A DNA stretch of 64,000 bases from Fibrobacteria bacterium (lineage in GTDB: Bacteria > Fibrobacterota > Fibrobacteria > UBA11236). The notes under the pieces are model-generated. The model did not search any database and was not told where the DNA came from. It saw only the letters and a program-made list of their open reading frames with translations. Both the position numbers and the translations under genes were made by a program. The DNA lies in contig JBGTHM010000030.1 in assembly GCA_041746255.1 (NCBI GenBank), positions 7,182 to 71,181 of the forward strand, in the 5' to 3' direction. Each line of letters opens with the position of its first letter. Position 1 is the first letter of the stretch. Of the stretch, positions 30,129 through 37,653 are shown in pieces.

Positions 30129-31337
30129 GTGATTAAATCCATAATGATGTACGCGCAGAAACCCTTGGCGGGCGCCATGGGAATGTTGCTAATCTCGGTT
30201 TTGACGGTTCAAGCGCAAACCGATTTTCTAACTCCGGGTTTCGGGCAGGCCTCGCCTTCGCTGAATGCAGGTCCGCAAGCGCCCCGTACGGAGCTGTACG
30301 AAGGCGTGGTCAAAAGTAATGTGGCGGCCGACAATACGGTTACCGATTACACTCGACTCCCTCACCTCCTTGGGGGCAGGCAATACATCGCCGGTTTTGG
30401 CGACCTCGATCTGGTGAACGCCGCCTTCGCCTTTGGTGATTCCCACATGAATTGGTTCGGTTTGGCGCGCAGCAGCGCGGATGAGGATGAATTGCGCGCC
30501 GGTGTCGCCTTCGGAGACGCCTTCGGGGCCGGTCTCATTTTGGCGTTAAACCGGGAGCATATCGAAGGGGGCGCTCCGGCTACCATAACCCATGAAGGGC
30601 AGGGTTTCGGATTGTTCGGCAGCTTCAACTTGGGTGGAAGTTCGGTTTACGGTGAAGCGGCTCTTTACACGGGGTTCGCTAATCTGTCCGACAACGTGCA
30701 TAATTCCATCAATCCCGAAACCGGTGACCCTACCAACTTCTCGAAATTTCATTTTGTGGCTGGATGGAATATGCAGGCTCAAGCGCAAGGGGACCATGCC
30801 ATGAACGCCGAGCTTTCCTTCGGTTTGAGCAGCGGTGAAGTTCCGGGACCTCCCGCTTTTGAACCAAGCCGGACCGACATCGCACTCTGGTTTCAGCACG
30901 GCTATCTCATGCTCCAACGGGACGGATTTTCCGTTTTCGCAGGAAGCAATAATGGATTCGTTTACGCCGCTGCCGAACAATTGACCGCCGGCGGCCCCGA
31001 TCTGAGCGGCATGGCGTTCGCTATATCCCCCAACATGGCTTTCCAGAAAACCCTGCCCAAGGGATTTGAAGTCCAAGCCGGCATTTCCGCTACCCTGGCG
31101 TATCTCTCGGGTTTGGCGGGCACAAACCTAGACCAAGACGAGACCCTCCTCATTACGGGCGATACCCCCTTTCAACGGGCCACCGGCGCCGACATGTCGG
31201 TGGGCTTGCGTTGGCAACATGAGAATTTCGCCTTCGAAGGAAGCGTGCAGGAAACCCTGCTTTCCAACGGCCCCCAATTCATCGGCGGTGGCGCTCCCGG
31301 TCTCTTCGGTCAAATCGGAATGACGGTCGGTTTTTGA
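30129..31337 (+). CDS. Outer-membrane beta-barrel protein of unknown function
   Basis: Signal peptide (MGMLLISVLTVQAQ). Gly/aromatic-rich alternating strands. C-terminal ...GMTVGF ending in Phe. Confidence 0.5.
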   Translation: MIKSIMMYAQKPLAGAMGMLLISVLTVQAQTDFLTPGFGQASPSLNAGPQAPRTELYEGVVKSNVAADNTVTDYTRLPHLLGGRQYIAGFGDLDLVNAAFAFGDSHMNWFGLARSSADEDELRAGVAFGDAFGAGLILALNREHIEGGAPATITHEGQGFGLFGSFNLGGSSVYGEAALYTGFANLSDNVHNSINPETGDPTNFSKFHFVAGWNMQAQAQGDHAMNAELSFGLSSGEVPGPPAFEPSRTDIALWFQHGYLMLQRDGFSVFAGSNNGFVYAAAEQLTAGGPDLSGMAFAISPNMAFQKTLPKGFEVQAGISATLAYLSGLAGTNLDQDETLLITGDTPFQRATGADMSVGLRWQHENFAFEGSVQETLLSNGPQFIGGGAPGLFGQIGMTVGF

Positions 31338-31379
31338 TATCTTGAGGCGGTCGTATCCAGGGCCGCCTCACCTTTTCCC

Positions 31380-31856
31380 ATGCTGATAAGACTTGACCAA
31401 ACCCTTATCGACTCGGTCCTGAAAAGGGCTCGCATCAGCCCCCGTAAAAGGGCCAACCACAATTTCCATCTACCCCATGAAACGCTACAACGGATGTTGA
31501 ATGTAGCGCTGCGTGACTCGTATTTTCGGCCACATAAACATGAGAACCCCGATAAACGCGAAATATTCACTCTATTGAAGGGGCGGGTGGCTATCATCCT
31601 GTTCAAGGATAACGGCGGGGTACAAGAAGCGGCCTATCTCAATGAAGGCGGACCGGTGTTACAGGTGGAAATTCCCCCAAGGCAGTGGCATACCGTGGTG
31701 GTGATGTCTGAAGAGGCTGTGCTCTACGAAATTATCGAGGGAGCCTATGACCCGCGCACCCACAAGCAATTCGCTGATTTCGCCCCTGCCGAAGGGGCCC
31801 CCGGTGCAGCGGAATATTTACAAAGCCTACGGGAAAGTTTGGCCCATGAGGCATAA
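31380..31856 (+). CDS. WbuC-family cupin-fold metalloprotein
   Basis: 158 aa. Motifs match the WbuC-like cupin family (...FHLPHETLQRMLNV...HKH...WHTVVVMSEEAVLYEI...). Confidence 0.5.
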   Translation: MLIRLDQTLIDSVLKRARISPRKRANHNFHLPHETLQRMLNVALRDSYFRPHKHENPDKREIFTLLKGRVAIILFKDNGGVQEAAYLNEGGPVLQVEIPPRQWHTVVVMSEEAVLYEIIEGAYDPRTHKQFADFAPAEGAPGAAEYLQSLRESLAHEA

Positions 31857-31857
31857 A

Positions 31858-32232
31858 TTACGGCTTGGGCACCACACGTATCTTAACTTTCCGGGATGTC
31901 AGGGACGAACGATTGTCGGAGGCCCAAACCAGGGTGGAGTCGATCGAGACTCCGTATACGCGCAAACCGTTGGGCGTGGCGATTTGCTCGGCATCGCTAT
32001 GGACTTTGATATCGGTATAGTTATTGAGGGTGGTAATTTGGCCTCGTTGATTGGCCGTGACTTTGGTGAAAACCAGAGGGGCGGTGCTATCTCCGACCGC
32101 CACTTCCAAATCTCCCCCTTCATAATGCAACCCGGGTGCATGCCCGGGATCGGTGGCGCATCCCATGAATAAACCGGCGACGGAAAGAGAAAAAAAGCAT
32201 AGTAGTATGTGGAATGAAACTGGGCTTGGCAT
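31858..32232 (-). CDS. Small secreted or lipoprotein of unknown function
   Basis: The internal Met gives the signal peptide MPSPVSFHILLCFFSLSVAGLFMGC followed by ATD... The listed 158-aa ORF is probably N-terminally over-extended. Confidence 0.35.
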   Translation of the reverse strand: MPSPVSFHILLCFFSLSVAGLFMGCATDPGHAPGLHYEGGDLEVAVGDSTAPLVFTKVTANQRGQITTLNNYTDIKVHSDAEQIATPNGLRVYGVSIDSTLVWASDNRSSLTSRKVKIRVVPKP

Positions 32233-32332
32233 AAAAAGATTCGCTGTATTTTCGGGTGATAATGCAACTCCAATATAAAAATCCCAGAGCAGGGTCTTTG
32301 CATCGCTACTTAGAAAAGAGAATAATGCACGC

Positions 32333-33217
32333 ATGATGCTGCCCTTGCCGGTACTTATCCTTCCCCTTGTGGCGGCCTTGCTCTATGCCTTAGCCATAAC
32401 GCTTCTCAAGCGGGCTGTGGGCTTTACCGGTGATTTATGGGGAATGATTCTGGTAATCAATGGAATCGTAGTCCTAACCTACTTCCCTCTGTTTTTCCTG
32501 GATGGCTCTCCCATACCCTGGCATTTGACCTACCAACCCGCCCTGGTTGGGCTGTTTTTTTTACTAGGTCAAGTGTTCGCCTTCAAGGCGGTCGTCCAAG
32601 GCGACCTGAGTGTCGCGACTCCGGCCCTGGGGTCGAAAATTTTGATAGTCGCGGTGTTGTCCGTCTTCTTGTTGGAAGACTCGGTTGCCTGGACTTGGTG
32701 GTTGGCGGCTATTCTGGCCATGGTCGCATTCATCTTGCTAGGGATCGGACAGCCGGGTAAACGCAGAAATACGGCGGTTACGCTGCTGCTTTCCATCCTG
32801 GCCGCGTTGCAATTCGCAATGGTCGATATCCTGGTGCAGAAATGGGCGCCGCATTGGGGCGTCCCCCGGTTTCTTTTCTTTTTCTCGGTGGCCGGGGCGG
32901 TTTACGCGCTGGCGCTATTGCCATGCGTATCCCGCTCCCGATTGCGCTATGCCGCTCGAGATTGGAAATGGCTGCTTTGGGGTTCGCTTTTCTTCGCTTT
33001 ACAGGGCCTGGCTTTGGGGTGGGTAGTGGGCTATTATGGGATGGCTACGGTGGTGAACATTGTGTATAGTTCGCGGGGAATTTGGAATATTTTGCTGGTG
33101 CTGGCGATTGGCGCCCAACTTGGAAATCCGGAATTCGCAGGTGGAAAAAAAATCCTGGCGTTTCGTGTGGTGGGCGCCTTGCTGATTTCAGCGGCCATCG
33201 CCCTGGTTTCTATTTGA
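32333..33217 (+). CDS. DMT-superfamily (EamA-like) membrane transporter
   Basis: ~10 TM helices in two EamA-like halves. Confidence 0.6.
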   Translation: MMLPLPVLILPLVAALLYALAITLLKRAVGFTGDLWGMILVINGIVVLTYFPLFFLDGSPIPWHLTYQPALVGLFFLLGQVFAFKAVVQGDLSVATPALGSKILIVAVLSVFLLEDSVAWTWWLAAILAMVAFILLGIGQPGKRRNTAVTLLLSILAALQFAMVDILVQKWAPHWGVPRFLFFFSVAGAVYALALLPCVSRSRLRYAARDWKWLLWGSLFFALQGLALGWVVGYYGMATVVNIVYSSRGIWNILLVLAIGAQLGNPEFAGGKKILAFRVVGALLISAAIALVSI

Positions 33218-33331
33218 TTTTGTATTTAAAGTACGCGGTAGCCAGGGTCTCCGACGCAGTTGAGCGAGGCTTGCTATCGGTTAACAGCCTTAAAACGGCA
33301 ACATCTTTTCACACCCGGTATCGGAGGATTC

Positions 33332-34075
33332 ATGAAATCATTATTGGTCGCGGCGTTGCTGGCACTGGGAGCCACTGCCGCTCCTTCAGATTTTCAGGGA
33401 GTCATCGACATGGACATCGCCTTGTCGGCGGGCAAAGGGCAATTGCAATTGAAAGTGGGAGAGCCCGCCACCCGTATCGACATGAGCCTGGAAATCAAGC
33501 CCTTACCCCAACCCCTTCGCTTCGCCTTGCTCCTGAAAAATGACAATATGAAAACCCTTTATATGATAAGCGATCATACCCGCTCCTACAGTGAAATCGA
33601 TATCAGCGACAAGGTTGCGGGTAATGAAGAAAAGGGCGGGCCCTACGTTATCAAAGTCGTAGGAAACGAGAAAAGATTGGGCTATAATACCACCGTGGTG
33701 GAAATGACGCGACCCGGCGAGCAGGTCAAACTTTGGGTAAGCAAGGATATCGGCATCTATTCCATCTTCAAAAGGTTGCAGGCCGCCAATCCCCAGCTGG
33801 GAGGCCAAGCTGAAATCCTGTCCGCGTTGGAAAAAGCCGGCCATGCGGGTTTCCCGATGAAATCAGTGATTACCCAAGACGGAGAAACCGTCACGCTGGA
33901 AGTGAAGAAAGTGGAAAAAAAGAAAATCCCTGTATCCGAAGTCTCCCTTCCCGCCGGTTATACCCAGGCAGCCATTTCCCCGGGCGCGTCAGGAGCCGGC
34001 ATGCCGAAAGTCTCGCCTGAGCAACTTGAAGCCATGCAGAAAATGCTGGAGGATGTGCTCAAGGGTCAACAATAA
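33332..34075 (+). CDS. Secreted protein of unknown function (DUF4412-like)
   Basis: Signal peptide MKSLLVAALLALGATAAP. Its stop lies 2 bp before the next gene's start. The listed ORF start at 33260 is probably too far upstream. Confidence 0.45.
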   Translation: MKSLLVAALLALGATAAPSDFQGVIDMDIALSAGKGQLQLKVGEPATRIDMSLEIKPLPQPLRFALLLKNDNMKTLYMISDHTRSYSEIDISDKVAGNEEKGGPYVIKVVGNEKRLGYNTTVVEMTRPGEQVKLWVSKDIGIYSIFKRLQAANPQLGGQAEILSALEKAGHAGFPMKSVITQDGETVTLEVKKVEKKKIPVSEVSLPAGYTQAAISPGASGAGMPKVSPEQLEAMQKMLEDVLKGQQ

Positions 34076-34077
34076 CA

Positions 34078-34763
34078 TGTTTTTTTTCGTGGGGCGGCAG
34101 CCAGACGACGAAAGTTGCGGCATCACCTGCCTCCAGTCCATTTACCGTTTTTACGGGCATGAAATATCCTGGGAACGTCTAGCAGGCGAGATCGAGCATT
34201 GGCGAACCGGGGGCACGGTGAATGTGAACCTGGCGCGTCATGCCTTGCGCGAAGGTTTCTCCGCCGAAATCTGCACCTATAACATCCGCATATTCGATCC
34301 CACTTGGAGAGGCTTATCTTCCGGGGAGCTTTCGCACAAACTAAAGCTCCGTCAGGCGAAAATGCGGAGTAAGAAACAGAAAATGGTCATCGGTTTCTAC
34401 CTCGACTTTCTGGAACGGGGGGGAGTCATCCGGTTCGACGACCTTAACGAAGGTCTTTTCGATACCCTGTTCGAGGAAAACCGACCTATCATCGTAGGAC
34501 TTTCGGCGACCTATCTCTATCAAAGCATGCGGGAAACGCCCAATAACGTGGACAACGACATCATTGGCCAGCCCGTGGGTCATTTCGTGGTGGTTTCGGG
34601 TTGGGACCGTGCCAGGCGCGAAGTCATCATCCACGATCCTCTGCGCAAGAATCCCATCGCGGAGTCCGGCAATTACAACCTCCCCTTCACCAAGTTCAGC
34701 AACGCCGTTATGTTGGGCATCATCACTTACGACGAAAACCTCCTTATCATTTCAAAAAAATGA
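34078..34763 (+). CDS. C39-like papain-fold cysteine peptidase
   Basis: QPDDESCGITCLQSIYRFYG gives a Gln/Cys catalytic motif. A downstream His/Asp pair lies in GHFVVVSGWD. Start at MFFFVGRQ; the listed ORF 34026 includes upstream read-through. Confidence 0.55.
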
Positions 34764-36286
34764 CAAAACAATATTATGTGGTCGAGAACCCCCGGTACTG
34801 GCGGAAGCGCGTGCCGCAAGTCGAATTTTTAAGCGTCAGCGAATACCTGTTTTCCAAAGAATACCAGGACGTCAAACAGCTGCGCATCATCAATCTGGCC
34901 CGCAATTACGGCTATTTGGGCGCGGGCTATTACGTGTCGCTGGTGGCCGAAGCCCGCGGACACCAGGTGATTCCCAATTTATCCACGGTTCAAGCCTTAA
35001 GCCGGAAAGAGTTCTATCTCATCGAAACCGACGATTTGGACGCGCAAATCCAGAAGAGTCTGGCGAATATCACCGACGATAAGTTCGAGTTGAGCGTCTA
35101 TTTCGGCCGCAACGTGAATAAAAAATACGAGAAGCTTTCGCGCCTTTTCTTCAACTTGCTGCCATGCCCCTTGTTTCGGGTGCATTTCGTCAAAGAGAAG
35201 CGGTGGGCACTGCATTCCATCAAGCCGGTGGCATTGGATAAAATCCCTGCCTATCACGACGAAATTTTCATGGAGGCTTTGCTCGATTTCGGGGTACGAA
35301 GATGGAGCCTACGCAAGCGCGCGAACACCTTGCGCTACGATTTGGCCATTCTCTTCAATCCCCACGAAAGGTATTCTCCTTCCAGTGAAGCGACTCTCCA
35401 GAAGTTCATCAAGGCGGGAAAGACCGCCGGTTTGGCAGTGGAAATTATCGAGAAACGGGATTATGCCCATCTGCCCGAATTCGACGGATTGTTCATACGC
35501 GAAACCACCGCAATCGATCATCACACCTTCCGTTTCGCGCGCAAGGCCGAAAAAGAGAACATGGTGGTCATTGACGACCCGCGCTCCATTCTTTACTGCA
35601 CCAATAAGATTTTTCTGAACGAGGTGTTCAAGCGCGCCGGTGTCCCGCGGCCGCGCACCCTGGTGCTCAGCGAGGAAAACCTGGAGTCGTCGCTGCAGGA
35701 ATTCTCCTTTCCCATCATCCTTAAAATTCCCGACGGATCGTTCTCGCGCGGTGTGGTCAAGGCACGGGACGCGGCGGAACTCAAGGCGCATAGCAAAGAA
35801 TTTTTCCGTCATTCCGATTACATCATCGCCCAGGAGTTCATGCCCACCGAATTCGATTGGCGCATTGGAATCTTCAACGGAAAGCCCCTTTTCGCATGCC
35901 AATACTTCATGTCCCGCGACCACTGGCAGATTATCAACCACAAGGTCGAGGGCAGCGGCCGACTGGGCAACCATAAAACCCACCCTATCGAGTTGATGGA
36001 AGAAAACATTATCGCAACGGCCCTGAAATCATGCAAGTTGATAGGCGACGGCCTTTACGGCGTCGACTTGAAGGTGGTCGAGGGCAAGCCCTATGTTGTG
36101 GAGGTGAACGACAATCCCAATATCGATACCGGAGTTGAGGATGAGCTGCTTAAGGATAAGCTTTACCAGATAATCATGGAGGAATTCGCGGTGCGAATCG
36201 ATAAGCGGCGAATGCGCAAGGATGGTTCGGCTGGTCAGGCTGCGCAGGATTTACCGAAGCTTATGAATTCCAAGGGGTACGCTTGA
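34760..36286 (+). CDS. RimK-type ATP-grasp ligase (alpha-L-glutamate ligase-like) with a ~250-aa N-terminal extension of unknown function
   Basis: C-terminal ATP-grasp motifs (PIILKIPDGSFSRGVVKA..., IIAQEFMPTEFDWRIGIFNGK, GVDLKVVEGKPYVVEVNDNPNI). ATGA start/stop overlap with the peptidase gene. The true start is MTKQYYVVEN. Confidence 0.7.
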   Translation: MTKQYYVVENPRYWRKRVPQVEFLSVSEYLFSKEYQDVKQLRIINLARNYGYLGAGYYVSLVAEARGHQVIPNLSTVQALSRKEFYLIETDDLDAQIQKSLANITDDKFELSVYFGRNVNKKYEKLSRLFFNLLPCPLFRVHFVKEKRWALHSIKPVALDKIPAYHDEIFMEALLDFGVRRWSLRKRANTLRYDLAILFNPHERYSPSSEATLQKFIKAGKTAGLAVEIIEKRDYAHLPEFDGLFIRETTAIDHHTFRFARKAEKENMVVIDDPRSILYCTNKIFLNEVFKRAGVPRPRTLVLSEENLESSLQEFSFPIILKIPDGSFSRGVVKARDAAELKAHSKEFFRHSDYIIAQEFMPTEFDWRIGIFNGKPLFACQYFMSRDHWQIINHKVEGSGRLGNHKTHPIELMEENIIATALKSCKLIGDGLYGVDLKVVEGKPYVVEVNDNPNIDTGVEDELLKDKLYQIIMEEFAVRIDKRRMRKDGSAGQAAQDLPKLMNSKGYA

Positions 36287-37506
36287 ACTATAAGCCATTT
36301 GAAGTATTCGGTATTGAAATCGAATATGCCGTCGTGGGGCGCGATAACCTGCAGGTAAAGCCCGTGGTGGACAAGCTAATCACCACCTTGTGCGGAAGCC
36401 CCAACCTGTTTCCCACCTTGGGAAATGCGGAAGCCGATAACGAACTGGCAGCCCATGTGGTCGAAATGAAATGCAAGGTCCCCACGGCGGATTGGGCCGC
36501 CCAGGCGCGCGACTTCCAACAAATGGTCTCGCTTCTCAATAAAACCTTGGACGGTTTGGACTCCCGTCTCATGCCCGGAGGTTCGCATCCCTTTATGGAC
36601 CCGGCCCGGGAATCGAAATTGTGGGAGCATGACGGCCGCGAAATCTATTCGACCTATGACGGCATTTTCGGATGCCGCGGTCATGGCTGGTTCAATCTTC
36701 AGAGCGTGCATTTGAACCTGCCCTTCTCCGATGACGCCTCGTTTAACCTTCTGCATAATGCGGTCAGTCTATTGCTCCCCCTTATGCCGGCTTTGGCGGC
36801 GGCTTCACCCGTATTGGAGGGCAAGCGCCATGCCTGGAAGGACGCCCGGCTTTTCCATTACTTGCAAAACCAAAGACGATTTCCTTCTGTTATCGGTCCG
36901 GTGATTCCCGAGCCATTGCGAAGCGAAGCGGAATACCGAGCGAAGATTTTGGCGCCTATGTATAGGGAAATCGCTTCTTCCGATCCGGAGGGGTTGCTCC
37001 AGGATGAATGGCTCAATTCCCGCGCGGCCATCGCCCGTTTCGATCGGGGCGCCATCGAGGTGCGCTGTATCGATACGCAAGAATGCCCGCTCGCCGACCT
37101 GGCCCTCTGTTTTTTCTTTTCCGGATTGTTGCGCGCGCTGTGCGAATCGAGGGCGGATTTGTACGGAGCGCATGCGGAGGTGCCGGGTGGAGTTTCGCGG
37201 GCACTATTCGAGGACTGCGCGCGCGTCGGAATGGATGTGCTTCTGCCGAAGGTTTATCCGCAGGAAGTTTTCGGCCTTAGCCAGAGGGAACGCAGCGCGC
37301 GGGATTTTTTCCAGGATCTACTGTCGACCGGCTTCGCATATGCCACCGTAGCGGAGAATGCCTTATTCCGACCTGTGATTGAGCATATCTTGACGCGGGG
37401 AAGCTTAAGCGATCGAATCATACGGTTGGCCGGCCCGAGGGAGGACTGGCTTTCGGCCTATAGGGAGGTGTGTGAATGTCTCGCTACAGGGCGTTTGCTG
37501 GAGTAG
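36283..37506 (+). CDS. GCS2-family (YbdK-like) carboxylate-amine ligase / glutamate-cysteine ligase family 2 protein
   Basis: N-terminal FGIEIEYAVV and an overall GCS2-like sequence. 4-nt start/stop overlap with the ATP-grasp gene. Confidence 0.65.
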   Translation: MNYKPFEVFGIEIEYAVVGRDNLQVKPVVDKLITTLCGSPNLFPTLGNAEADNELAAHVVEMKCKVPTADWAAQARDFQQMVSLLNKTLDGLDSRLMPGGSHPFMDPARESKLWEHDGREIYSTYDGIFGCRGHGWFNLQSVHLNLPFSDDASFNLLHNAVSLLLPLMPALAAASPVLEGKRHAWKDARLFHYLQNQRRFPSVIGPVIPEPLRSEAEYRAKILAPMYREIASSDPEGLLQDEWLNSRAAIARFDRGAIEVRCIDTQECPLADLALCFFFSGLLRALCESRADLYGAHAEVPGGVSRALFEDCARVGMDVLLPKVYPQEVFGLSQRERSARDFFQDLLSTGFAYATVAENALFRPVIEHILTRGSLSDRIIRLAGPREDWLSAYREVCECLATGRLLE

Positions 37507-37653
37507 ACTTCCGAGAGACGGCAGGCGCTCTCTCCTAATTCGCTTTGTTTGGAAAGGGGTGAGCGGGCTTGCCATCGCCTGGTTCATACCCACTGTTGTA
37601 TTATATTTGCCATTCATTCATGAATTCGCGAAGCCCCTTTTTGAAAGTCTGGA

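Noticed and set aside
34026-34077. Upstream extension of the C39-like peptidase ORF (MKPCRKCWRMCSRVNNN...)
   Set aside because: It overlaps the end of the preceding secreted-protein gene in another frame. A start at MFFFVGRQ (34078) gives a clean 2-bp intergenic junction.
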